DNA of 64,000 bases. It comes from an uncultured virus (IMG/VR IMGVR_UViG_3300037132_000149). Its lineage: Duplodnaviria; Heunggongvirae; Uroviricota; Caudoviricetes. The translations under genes and the position numbers were made by a program. Below the pieces are notes generated by a model that was given only the letters and a program-made list of their open reading frames with translations, did no database searches and was not told the DNA's origin. Below are positions 17,275-28,100 of this stretch, one piece after another (the stretch's first letter is position 1; each line of letters opens with the position of its first letter). The stretch lies in the IMG/VR virus record IMGVR_UViG_3300037132_000149, positions 1-64,000 of that record. One strand, written 5' to 3'.

Positions 17275-19556
17275 AAGCGACAATCCTGGTCGGTGACGTG
17301 ATGGCGCGGCTCGGCGAACTGGCCGACGAGTCCGTGCAGTGTGTCGTCACCAGCCCGCCGTATTGGGGCCTGCGCGACTACAAGATCTCGCCGAGCGTGT
17401 GGCACGCTGTGCCGGGTTGCCGGCACGAATGGGCGGGTGTAGTTAGGCACCGAAGCGCTCGCGGCCCACAGGTGCCGCAGACCATTCACGCGCCGGCCGG
17501 CGATGTTCTTGTCGATGCCCAGCGCGACAGCGTGAGCAACTTCTGCCGGCTCTGCGGGGCCTGGCTTGGCAGCCTCGGCCTCGAGCCAACGCCGGAGCTT
17601 TACGTCGAGCACATCGTCCAGGTCTTCCGCGAGATCCGGCGGGTGCTCCGCAAAGACGGCACGCTCTGGATCAACCTAGGGGATAGCTACGCGACGGGCG
17701 CGGGCAGTGTCGGCAACTGCCCCGGCGGCGGCGGTGAGCAGGGAGCGCGCTGGGCCGGCGATGTCGACAGAATCCGCGACGAGAAGAGAGGCTACAGGGG
17801 CGATCGGCTGGCCAACGGCCATGGGACGAGCCCAGAAATACTCCGACGCAAAACTCGGGTTGGATCAAACCGGGCCCAGCGCGGCGACGGGAAAGGCGAG
17901 GGGGTGCCTTACGGTCCCATGACTCAGCCCAACCGCATGCCGATTGTGGGATGTAAGCCCAAGGACATGGTCGGCATCCCGTGGCTGGTCGCCTTCGCGC
18001 TGCGCGCCGACAGCTGGTATCTGCGCCAGGACATCATCTGGTCGAAACCGAACCCGATGCCGGAATCGGTTCAAGGCTCGCATTATTCCCGGCATCGAGT
18101 TACAATCGAAGAGTATGAGAGATTGTCGGGTTTGCGGTACATTGATGAGCGTGCCGGGGATGACTGGGCCGGCAACATGCCCCTCCTGTCGGAGAGAGAA
18201 GTACCTTGCCGTAAAGCGCCGCTATCAGCAAAGTCCAAAGGGGATTGCGACCTCTCAAGCCAGGGAGGAACGAGAAGACGTAAGAGAGAAGCGCCGGCAA
18301 TTCAGTCGGTCGCAGTACGGGAAGATCAACAAAGCGAAATACGAGGCGACTCCCAAAGGCCAGAAGACGCGCAAGAAGGCGCAGACCAAGTACAAAGATA
18401 CGCCGAAGGCGAAGTTAACGAGCGCCGCGCATCATCAGAAAACAAAAGACGATCCAGCGCGGAGATTGCAACGGAGCGCCGCGAACAGCCGTTATGCCCG
18501 GACAGAGAATGGGAAGGCCCGATCCCGTCGTCAACATGCCCAGCGCAAAGGGGCGATCTTATCCACGGACAACCCGGTGACGGCGCAGGATTGGGAGGAG
18601 ATTCTAAAAGCTCACAAATACCGCTGCTACTACTGCAAAAAGAAGGAGAAATTGACGATGGATCATGTGATCCCGCTCAGCAAGAAGGGCCAGCATACGA
18701 AGGAGAACCTGGTTCCAGCTTGCCAGTCATGCAACTCGAAGAAGAGCAACAAATTGATTCTTCTCTGTTAGTCGGGTGCCCAGGTTGCCCAAAGTGCCTT
18801 GAATACCACGGATACCTCTTCCACATGAGCGCGGGACGCTGCACCAAGAGCCATGAATACCTGTTCCTGCTGACCAAGAGCGCCCGGTACTACTACGATG
18901 CCGAGGCGATCAAAGAGCCGGCGGCAACGGACGATATGCGGCGACCGTACACTTCCGAGGGTGCATGGCAGTTAGACGGCCGACCTGTCGAGCAGCGGCA
19001 TGGCGGGGAGATGCGACCCGGATTTGAGCGTCTCGGCCGAGAGGGCGCAAACTCCAGGATGCACCAGGACAGAGACCCATCACACCCCGAAGAGTGCAAG
19101 GTGCGGACCGCCGGCAACAAGACGCATAAGACCGTCGCCGAATACGAGCGCAGCGACTCCGAGGAACACCGCACGGCTGCCGGGCTGCTCAAGATCGCCG
19201 ACACACCCTACCCACTCCGCAACAAGCGTGATGTGTGGACCATCGCGACCCAGCCTTATCCCGAGGCGCACTTCGCCACCTATCCCGAGGGGTTGGTTAC
19301 GCCCTGTGTTTTAGCCGGCAGCCGCGCCGGCGACCTCGTTCTGGACCCATTCTGCGGCTCGGGGACGACCGGCGCGGTGGCCCTCAAACTCGGCCGGGCC
19401 TTTTGCGGCATCGAACTCAGCGAGGGCTACGCCAAGCTGGCCGAGCGGCGCATCGGCGATGTCGCGCCCATGTTTAACCAGATCGAGACGGTAACCCCTG
19501 TAGATTCGCCGCCCCAATCCGTGCTACGCTCTACGGCAGGAGGCGCATCGACATGA
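17271..19556 (+). CDS. Beta-class N4-C/N6-A DNA methyltransferase with a large internal insertion
   Basis: VTSPPY, IIWSKPNPMPESV...RCTKSHEY, HFATYP, DPFCGSGTTG. Confidence 0.9.
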   Translation: MKATILVGDVMARLGELADESVQCVVTSPPYWGLRDYKISPSVWHAVPGCRHEWAGVVRHRSARGPQVPQTIHAPAGDVLVDAQRDSVSNFCRLCGAWLGSLGLEPTPELYVEHIVQVFREIRRVLRKDGTLWINLGDSYATGAGSVGNCPGGGGEQGARWAGDVDRIRDEKRGYRGDRLANGHGTSPEILRRKTRVGSNRAQRGDGKGEGVPYGPMTQPNRMPIVGCKPKDMVGIPWLVAFALRADSWYLRQDIIWSKPNPMPESVQGSHYSRHRVTIEEYERLSGLRYIDERAGDDWAGNMPLLSEREVPCRKAPLSAKSKGDCDLSSQGGTRRRKREAPAIQSVAVREDQQSEIRGDSQRPEDAQEGADQVQRYAEGEVNERRASSENKRRSSAEIATERREQPLCPDREWEGPIPSSTCPAQRGDLIHGQPGDGAGLGGDSKSSQIPLLLLQKEGEIDDGSCDPAQQEGPAYEGEPGSSLPVMQLEEEQQIDSSLLVGCPGCPKCLEYHGYLFHMSAGRCTKSHEYLFLLTKSARYYYDAEAIKEPAATDDMRRPYTSEGAWQLDGRPVEQRHGGEMRPGFERLGREGANSRMHQDRDPSHPEECKVRTAGNKTHKTVAEYERSDSEEHRTAAGLLKIADTPYPLRNKRDVWTIATQPYPEAHFATYPEGLVTPCVLAGSRAGDLVLDPFCGSGTTGAVALKLGRAFCGIELSEGYAKLAERRIGDVAPMFNQIETVTPVDSPPQSVLRSTAGGAST
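18115..18771 (+). CDS. HNH (homing-type) endonuclease nested in the +1 frame of the methyltransferase
   Basis: CRVC/CPSC N-terminus, Lys/Arg-rich helical repeats, then WEEIL..HKYRCYYC....TMDHVIPLSKKG.H...NLVPACQSCNSKK. Confidence 0.85.
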   Translation: MRDCRVCGTLMSVPGMTGPATCPSCRREKYLAVKRRYQQSPKGIATSQAREEREDVREKRRQFSRSQYGKINKAKYEATPKGQKTRKKAQTKYKDTPKAKLTSAAHHQKTKDDPARRLQRSAANSRYARTENGKARSRRQHAQRKGAILSTDNPVTAQDWEEILKAHKYRCYYCKKKEKLTMDHVIPLSKKGQHTKENLVPACQSCNSKKSNKLILLC

Positions 19557-19753
19557 CCACCGCCAACATCGACGTCGACCTGCCTCGGGCTCAGGGCCGG
19601 ATCTTGAGCGTCTGCATCGGCTGTGGATCCCAGGTGGACTTCGAGCAGGCCTACTGCACCGCCTGCCAGCGTCAGATCAACGCCGCAGACCGGCTTGACC
19701 CCGACGCTATGGCCGAGCGTGAGTGGCGTGCGCGCGAACTTCGCGCCGCCTAA
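19553..19753 (+). CDS. Small Zn-ribbon protein
   Basis: CIGC and CTAC; last gene before the convergent late operon. Confidence 0.6.
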   Translation: MTTANIDVDLPRAQGRILSVCIGCGSQVDFEQAYCTACQRQINAADRLDPDAMAEREWRARELRAA

Positions 19754-19766
19754 GCCATTGGCACCC

Positions 19767-21470
19767 TTAGGCCCTTGGAATCTTGAGGCCGCCAATCCGG
19801 GGGCCCGTCAGGGGCAACCCCGCAGCAACCGCCTTTTCCTTCTGCGCAATCCGGTGGGCTTCCTGCAGCGCCCAGCGCGCGATCGAGGTCTCATCGACGC
19901 CCGAGGCGCGCATCTCCTTCACCCTCTCCAGCATCTTGAGCCGCTCGGGCTTCACTGCCTCCACCAGCCAGGTGTTATAGGCATAGGCCACCATGTCGTA
20001 GAGGTCGTCGTCGGCGTCGCCGTGGATCTTCTTCACCGCCTTGCGCTCGTCGATCACCCGGGTCGCGACCGAGTTAAAGGTGCGCGGCATGGCCGTGGTC
20101 AGGACGATCTCCCTGCCGGCCAGGCCGGTGTAGAGTTTCTGGGCGTTGTCGGCAGGGTTCTTGTGGCTCTTGATCAGCGAAACCCCGTGCTTCGCAAACA
20201 CGCCGGCGATGATGTCGAAGTTGGTCTCGCCGGTGCCGTCCTCGTTGTCATTGGCGGGGTCGATCGTGGCAAACAGGATTTTGCGCCGCTCGTCGCCCAT
20301 GCGCGGCTTGATCCAGAACTCGCAGATTTTTTCCGCGAACTCTTTGGAGATCATCTTCTGCTCGCTCAGTTCACCGATCCCGAAGACGCGGCCGTTGTCG
20401 TCGACCGCAAACAACCCCGCCGCGGCGTGCGAGTTCCCGTAGCCGTAGTCGATCGAGATGAAGTGATTCCACCACCACTCGACGCCCACCTGCTGGAAGG
20501 GCATCGACCACTCCGGCCGCAGGAACCCGAAGTAGAGGCTCTCGGCGTTGCACCAGCAGCCATGGAGCAACTGCATCTGGATCTCCGGGGTCTGCGAGAG
20601 CAGGGAGTCGATCTTGTCCTGGCCATAGAGGGGGTTGTCGGTCACCGAGGCCGGAAAGAACGCGACGGTCTTGTGCGTCAACTCAGACGGCGATGGCGGC
20701 CAACTCCAGCTTGTGCCGGAGTAGACGCGGCCTGGCCACACCGAGGAGTGCAGCGGGTCCGCGTCGAGCCTGGTGCCGGGGTAGTGGAGCGGGCAGCGGT
20801 TGCGCAGGAAGACGCTCATCTGCCAGCCGTGCCCGACGCCGCCGGGGTTGGTCGCAAAGCGCGCCCGCACGCGCAACCGGCGGTCGACCGCGGCGAGCCA
20901 GGCGATCATCTGCCTAACCCGAGCCTTGGGGTGCAGACCGCTCTCGTCGATGCCCAGCCAGGAGTATGGGTTACCGCGGTACTTCTTGAGGTCGGCGTCA
21001 CTTGAGAGGTAGCCGAACCGGATACGGGCGCCGCTGCTGCCCAGAATCTTCACCCAGCGGCCGCGCTTGAATTCATACTCGGGAAAGATCCACTGGCCGC
21101 CGCCGGTTCTCAGCCGGTACTTGGCGCCCAGCGGTTCATAGGCCGCCTTCATCCGGTCGCCGATCTGGTCAAACTCGCCCAGTGACTCGCGCAAAAGCAG
21201 ACCCCTGAAACTCGGGATCATGTACTCCTGCATCGCGTCGCCAACCAGAAAATCGCTCTTGCCCCCGCCCGACTGGCCGCCGTAGAGAAGCATCTCCGCC
21301 GGCGAGCAGAGCGCGGCCTGCTGGGCGCCGTTGATCGGCCACCAGACCGGGTCGAGTTCGGCCGTCGGCGGTATCCAGGCAGGGAAATCGTTGGGGATTG
21401 AGAGCTCGCCGGGCGCGAGCGGCGGAGGCAGTTGGAACAGGGCCGGCGGTGTAAAGGATTGCGTGCTCAT
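19767..21470 (-). CDS. terL: Terminase large subunit
   Basis: Q motif, Walker A YGGQSGGGKS, Walker B LGIDE, ATNPGG, nuclease SIDYG and DDLYD. Confidence 0.92.
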   Translation of the reverse strand: MSTQSFTPPALFQLPPPLAPGELSIPNDFPAWIPPTAELDPVWWPINGAQQAALCSPAEMLLYGGQSGGGKSDFLVGDAMQEYMIPSFRGLLLRESLGEFDQIGDRMKAAYEPLGAKYRLRTGGGQWIFPEYEFKRGRWVKILGSSGARIRFGYLSSDADLKKYRGNPYSWLGIDESGLHPKARVRQMIAWLAAVDRRLRVRARFATNPGGVGHGWQMSVFLRNRCPLHYPGTRLDADPLHSSVWPGRVYSGTSWSWPPSPSELTHKTVAFFPASVTDNPLYGQDKIDSLLSQTPEIQMQLLHGCWCNAESLYFGFLRPEWSMPFQQVGVEWWWNHFISIDYGYGNSHAAAGLFAVDDNGRVFGIGELSEQKMISKEFAEKICEFWIKPRMGDERRKILFATIDPANDNEDGTGETNFDIIAGVFAKHGVSLIKSHKNPADNAQKLYTGLAGREIVLTTAMPRTFNSVATRVIDERKAVKKIHGDADDDLYDMVAYAYNTWLVEAVKPERLKMLERVKEMRASGVDETSIARWALQEAHRIAQKEKAVAAGLPLTGPRIGGLKIPRA

Positions 21471-22054
21471 CCGACCTTAATTGAACCCAGCCGGCTCTTG
21501 ATCTTCGGCGCCGCTCCGGCCGGCGTGGTCGGCGTTGGCGGCTCAGGTACGCTCGGCGGCTGCGCCGCTGTCACGGGAAGAATGGGGGTCGGGGCTTCGG
21601 AGACCTGGACGAGGGCCTGGTAGAAGTGCGCCGGCCTGGGCGTCGCGTCCGAGTTTGGGTCGTCGCCGCCGCCGTGCGGCAGCAGCTCCAGCGATCGCAT
21701 GGCGCCGTGCTGGATCCGGCCGTTGACGACCAGGGCAGTCCGGATCGCGTCCATCTTGAGCGAGCCGTGCTCTTTGGGGTCGAGGACCATGACCTCGACC
21801 AGCGACGAGTCGATCAACTCGTTGGTTAGTTTCTCGGCCTTGACCTGCTGGCGCGCGCGCTCCAGGCGCACCGCCTCGTCCTGGCGCTCGAGTTCGGCCT
21901 GGAACTCGGGCAGGTTGAAGGTCTTGATCGCCTGATTTTTAGGGATCCTCGCGTGTTCGGCGCCCTTGTAGATGTCGCGGTACTTGCGGAATTCCGTGAC
22001 CATGCGCAACTGCGGCCTGGTCAGGGGTGGGGGGTCTTTCTCTTTTTTTGCCAT
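21467..22054 (-). CDS. Putative terminase small subunit
   Basis: Coupled directly upstream of terL; LT.PQ helical N-terminus. Confidence 0.55.
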   Translation of the reverse strand: MAKKEKDPPPLTRPQLRMVTEFRKYRDIYKGAEHARIPKNQAIKTFNLPEFQAELERQDEAVRLERARQQVKAEKLTNELIDSSLVEVMVLDPKEHGSLKMDAIRTALVVNGRIQHGAMRSLELLPHGGGDDPNSDATPRPAHFYQALVQVSEAPTPILPVTAAQPPSVPEPPTPTTPAGAAPKIKSRLGSIKVG

Positions 22055-22105
22055 GCCCGTTGCCCTTCTCGTTGCCCTGCTCTTGCAAATTCATGAATCT
22101 GTGAA

Positions 22106-25100
22106 TTAGTAGTCGATCGGCACGCCGTGCTGGCGCAGCGTGTTCTCAAGCTCAGTAGCCGCCGGCACGTTCAAGCTGGCCAGCGTCTGGATCTTCCGGT
22201 CGGCCTTGGCTTCCATGATGTCAGAGAGTTCCGCGCGCTCGCTCGCGTCGGCTGCGTTCCACACCTTGACCGCGTCGTCGAAGTTGCTCATGTGCTTCAC
22301 GTCGTACTGCAGGTCACTCATCGAGCCGCGCTCCTGGACCCTGGCAGCGTCCTGCGGCGAGATCTTGCCCGTCGACACCAGGTTCCAGAGGTCAGTCTGC
22401 GAGATCTGGCCGTCCCTGAATTTCTGGCTGAGTTGCACATTGCGCCGGCTTTCGGCCTGCCGCTCCTCGCTCTCCGGCTCGTCGGGTATCCCCCTAACGT
22501 AGAGGTCATGCGCCTTCTTCTCGAGGGGCGTGTGGTAGTTCGCCATGTTCGCGCCGAGCGAGGTGAAGAAGCTCTCGATCAGGCTCTGGTCGTTTGTGGT
22601 GAAGAGTTTCTGGACGGGGATCGGCGTGGTCTGGGTCGCGTAGCTCTTAGCAAAATGCGTCTTTGTTTCCTGCCGGCCAAAGTTGTCGCGGCCGGTGATG
22701 AACTCGATCGTCGGCCGTATCGTGACCGGGTTGAGCCGGTTATAGGTCCACTCAGCCGGGCTCGCCACCAGGTGGGCGATGTCCGAGTAAACGGTGCGGA
22801 CCGAGATCGCCTTGTTGCCCCAGGCCGGGCCCCAGCTCTTTGGCGTGACGACGGTAAAGGCATCCTGCGGATCCCAATGCGCTCCGCGGCGCCAGCCCTG
22901 CTCGTGATTAAGGGCAGCGTTGATGATGCGGCATGCGGCATACATCAGCGCCGCGCCGCGCAACAGGGCCAGCCGCTGCTCCGAGCCAAACTTCGAGAAA
23001 CCCTGCGCCACAAACTGCGCCCGGGCCTTGGTGAAGTCGGGCGAGAACAAGAGCAGGTGTTCGGCAGCCTTGAAGGTCCGGTTATTCATCACCTCAAGGT
23101 GCCGGAAGAACGCCGGATCCTGGCCGGAAAACGCAGCGTTGGTCTGGGCCGCGCTCATCAGGCCGATCTCGTCGCGGGTGAGCTTGGCCTGGGCGCCGGG
23201 CCTTCCGCCGCCGTAGCGCTCAAGGTTGCGCTCGTAGATGATCTTGTACGACTTGGCTTTGAGCCGCGGGATCCAGTCGCGGAAGAGGTACCTGTGATAG
23301 GCGCCCATCCCCGGCAGGCCGCTCAACACGCCCTCGGGGTCGATCTCGACCATCTTGAGGCCGTGGCCGACGCCGTCCTGGACGGTCTTATCCTTGGTCA
23401 GGTCCTCGAGCGAGTCCAGCCGGAACGGGTTGATGAAGTGATCGAGCGCGTGCATGCCGAGCTGCACCTGGTGGAACCCTGAGCCGTAGAGGATCACGCC
23501 CTTCACGGTCGACCCGGCCTTGCCGACCGCCCGCGCCGTGCCCTTGATGATCTTCACGGGCAGGTGGTCTGAGGGTGACTCGAACCAACTGCGGGTGACG
23601 AGATCCGAGACCCGGCCGGCATACTTCGGGTGGATGACGATGTCGCCCTTCATGGCCAATTGCTTGCCCTCGGGCACCGGGAACCTGGGATCTTCGGGGG
23701 TAAACAGTTTCGCCTGCTCCGCCGGGTCCATCTTGGCATAGCCGGGTGCGAGCACCTCGCGGTCCTGGTCGTCGAGTTCCCAGGTAAAGTTGCGCAACTG
23801 GCTGGCCGGGATGCGCACGTAGTCGTCAACGTTCTCGGGCCGCTTTGGCTGCTTCATGATCCGGGTCTCGCCGGCCGTGTTCTTGTCGACGATGGCCCAG
23901 CCTGAGCGGCTCTCAAGCGCAGCCAGAGGCCGGCCATCCTCGGGGTCCACCCCATACAAAAGCGATCGCACAAAGCCGCGGGTCATAAAGGTTTTGGTGA
24001 ACGCATCGTGATACGACGATAAGATCCGGCCGGCGTCCATGGTCTTCGGGTCTTCGCCGCCCATGATCGCGTCGAAGAAACTCGGCCAAACCCGGCGCTT
24101 GAGAAAACTGGGGTTCGACATTAACTCAGAGAAGTCCGTCACCGCGCGCAACTTGGCCAGCGTCTCAGGATCAGTGGCAAAGGTGTGCATGGCGTAGTGT
24201 GACGCGCCCGCCGGCAGCAGGCCAGCGTCGGTCAGGATCTTCAACTGCTGCTGGTAGTAGCGGGTGTGCGCGTCGGCCACCTGCTGCTGTTCCGGGGTTA
24301 GATTGAGCGCATCTTTGAAGGCCTGGGCGTTGCGCTTGCCGCCGGGTTTTGACTCGAAGGCTACCGAGCCCGCGCCGGCTGCCCAGCGCTTGAGTGTTTG
24401 CGGGTCGCCACCGGCTTCGCCGTAGGCGGTCATCGCGTTGCGCTCGCGCTCGCTCGGCGCCACGCGCTTCAATTCCTTCTGGTAGCGATCGACGTCCATC
24501 GCGGCGCGCAGCTCGGCCTTGCGCAGGTCGCCCAGATTCTGGAAGTAGTCGGTCCACGGCGCCGGCTGTCCCCAACTGTCCCAGGCACCTGCTGCCGCGC
24601 CCTTGACGCCACCCCAGGCCTTTTCGATCGCGGTGCCGGTCTTGGCCACGGCGGCGACGCCGGCGTCGCTCGCGGCCTCTACACGCTCGCCCATGCCCAT
24701 CTTGCGGGCCGGCATCCCCTTGAGGTCAGCGATCGCGTCCTCAAGGCTCTTGCCGGTATCATGGCCGCCGGTCGTAACCGTGGTGGGGGTCGCCCGTGGC
24801 GCCTTGAGCCCGGCAAGTCGGTCGTGAAACTCCTCCTCGCTCTCGTCGCCGCGTTTGGCGGTGAGGTCTTCCGACACTGGCGTGCGCTTGAAGAGCGGCT
24901 GGCCCTCGGTCATCACGCTCTCGCGCATGGCGTCGGTGACCGGCAGGTAGGGCACGGTCACAGCGCCCAGTTCGCGGTTCAGCCGGTCGGCTTCGGCCTG
25001 GGCGGCGTCGCGGTCGTAATAGTGCATGTCCTTGGCGGGCGTCAAACCCTCCGACGAGATCACGCTGAAATCCGGCTGGCCGTCGCGCGGCGGTCCTTGC

Positions 25101-28100
25101 GTCACGCGCCATTTGTTATCGGGCAGGCTCGTCTCGACGACCTTGGCGCCGAACGGCTTGCCGATTTTGTTGGCGGTCTGGGGCACGATCTTGTCGTAGA
25201 AATTCTTCATCCCCTCGCCGCCGACCTTGAGGTCGAGGCCAGAGAAGGTTTGGCGGCCTACGGTCCCGGCCGCGGGCGCTCCCGCCACGATCTTTGCCGC
25301 CAGGTCCTTGCCCACGTGGTCTGCCAGTTTCTCCTCGGACACATCCAGTTCGACCTCGCGCCAGCGCCCGTCGGGCATGCGCGCTGTCAGATCGTACTTG
25401 CCATTGCCAAAGCCGATCGCGTCCAAACTCTCGATTTGTCTGCTCAGGTCGTATCGTGCCGCCTGCTGCTCACCCGGCGTCCAACTGATGCCGTCGTAGC
25501 CGTTCTCGGCGGCGTAGCGGATCATCCGCTTCATCAGCAGCTCCGGCCAGGTCTTCTTGAAAGGCGCGTTCGGCACGCCGCGATTCCCGTTTTCATTCAG
25601 CCTACGCTGCGCCTCGTCGTACTCGCGGGTGATCGCCGCGAGCCTTGGGTCATCTCTCTCCGCGCCGCGGAAATCAGAGCGAACGATGTTTGTCTGCTCG
25701 ATTGCGTCTTTTGCGCTAGAGGCAGCAACCGTGTACACGATCCGGCCGTTGACCGAAACCTCCCAATCTCCCGGCGCTCCTGCCGCCGGCTCCGCGCTGA
25801 ATTTAGCGAATCCGCGCAATTGCTTCCAGAGGTCGTTGCGCCGTAGCTCAAGCGCCCTTACTTCCTCGGCCGGAAGAGAGCGCAGATACCCTTCCGTGCG
25901 CCCTCTCTGGTGCCAGTCGCTCTGCAACTCCTCTAGGTGCAGCAGCTTTTCGCCGTTCGGGCCGGTGCGGTCGTTGAAGCGCACATGGCCGATGACGTTC
26001 GGCTCTTCCCAGTGCGGCGTGCGGAAATCGACGGCGTGGGTGTCGCTCCGGCTCTTCGTGTCGGCGACGTACTGCATCGCCCGGCCAGCACTGCTCATGC
26101 CGTAATTCTGCTTGGAGATCATGAACTGTTGGCCCGGCGCGTCGATCGCCCAATGTGTCGGCGTCGTGTCCTTCTCGTTGAGCTTCAGCTCAGAGAGATC
26201 GTAGCGCGAACTGCCTTGCGACGGCAGTGTGAGCAGTAGTTCGCGGTAGTTCTCGCCCCCGGGCAGCGTGTAGCCCTCAAATTTTACGGGGCCGGCGAGG
26301 CGCGGTTCCAGCGCCTTAACCTCGCGCTGGTGCGGTGTTCCGCCTTTCTCGACCTCCTGTATTCCTATATCGTTCGCGGCCAGCGTCTCGCGCAGTTCCT
26401 GCGGCTTGACCGGCGCGGTCCCCTTGGCGCGCAGCAGGTCGCCCAGGCCAGTCCACTCGAGCTCTTCCGGCTTCACGCCGTTGTTTTCCAGCATGCGCAG
26501 GGCGGCGTTGGCCGGCATCGGGCCCTGCATCTTCTGGCCGATCAGCCGCTCGCTCTTGAGGTAGAACGTCGGCGCTTTTTCCAGTCCCTGTTCCCTGTTC
26601 CCTGTTCCCTGTCTTTTGAAGAGCGACCCCTGCGGGCTGGCGTCCGACCCTCTAAACAGCGGCGCGTTGCGCTCCATCTCGCCGGCCTTCTTGTCGATGT
26701 CGGCGAGCGGCGTCCGCAGTTGCTCCTCCATCGCCTGCTTCTCGGCCGCGGTCCTGGCCTCCTCAGCCTCCTTGACCGCGTCCTCCATGCCCGGGAAGGC
26801 GATCGGCTCGCCCTGGAGCGGAACAAAGCCCGGTGGCCGGCGGCGCTGGAAGAGGCCGCCCTGGCCGGCAGCCTCTAGTTCTGCTCGCGTCGGCGCTGTT
26901 CCCTCAGCGCCTGGTTGAAGGCCTGCACCACCGGGCTCTCGGCTCCCCGCCGTATCAGGCGCGAGCCCTTGCCGAGGGGTTGCTTCGCGTACTGCTTCCC
27001 GGTTCGGTTGAGCCACTCCTCGGCCTTCTGCCCCTGCTCCTGCTCGAGCTGTTTGCTGTCCATACTCCCTCGCTCTCTTGATTACTTCGGCCAGTTTCGG
27101 GTCGGCGGCCGGCATCCCGTCGAGGACCGCCGGGCCCTTCTCGTCGATCGCGGCTTCGAGCGCCGCCTGCGCCAGGTCCTGCTGCTCGGTTCCCTTCCAG
27201 TCAATATCGGGGTCGCCCGCGAGCGCCTTCCCGACGATTTCCGCGGCGACCTGTGGGCCGTCGGCTTCCTTGTAGAGTTCCCTCAGTTTTGCCAGAACTC
27301 GCTCAAAGACCGGCATCGCGGCAAGCTCTTCCATGGTATCCGACCCGTAAAGCCCCGACCGGATATACCAGCGATGCCAGAGCTCCTCGCGCAACGTCGC
27401 TGGGTCGTAGTCGCCGCGAATCAGCAGCAGCGAACCGTCGGCGTCGCGGCCCTGGTCGAGTGCGAGCGCCAGCGCCTTGAGCGACTCTGCGGCCTGCCGC
27501 ATGCCGGGCCGTACCCGCACGTTCGACTCAAACGATCGCACCCTGGCCACCATGCGCGAGGCCTCGGCGGCCACGAGATAAACCCCCTCGAAACGGTCCT
27601 CCGGAAAAGCGATCTTCCGGATGGCTTCGTAAGCCGGCGCGTTCATCACATGCACCGGCGCCCCGTCGACTTCCATGCGGTCGACTTTAGCCCTGGCGGC
27701 ATTGTCCCAGGTCAGCCGGTTCTCGGCCGCAGAGAGCTCGCGCTGGTACCGTCCCCTGGCTATAAGTCGATTCTGCGTCTCTTCCGCGGTTTCGCCGGGG
27801 AGGCGACCGGCAGGTCGAGCGCCAGCGGGTACATCTCCAGAAGCTCCTCCGGCGTTGCGTCCCTGGTCGGGAACCAGATCTCCGGCTTCTGTCCGGGCCG
27901 GTACCGCACCTCGGGCGGCAGTATCACCTGCGGCTTGCCGAGTGGCTTCACTCGCTCGAGCGGCTGGCGTAGCAGCCGGCGGCGCCTCCTGAATCCGTGC
28001 CCCAGTTTCGGCATCTTCTCCCCCTACAATCTGGCCCGTGTTTGGCTCGACCTGCGTCGCGCGGTCGTCGTACAGTTTCACCATCTTCGGGTCTTTGATG

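Noticed and set aside
18073..18836. Intein in the methyltransferase
   Set aside because: No C/S start block or HN-C/S/T end, and the endonuclease is in a different frame
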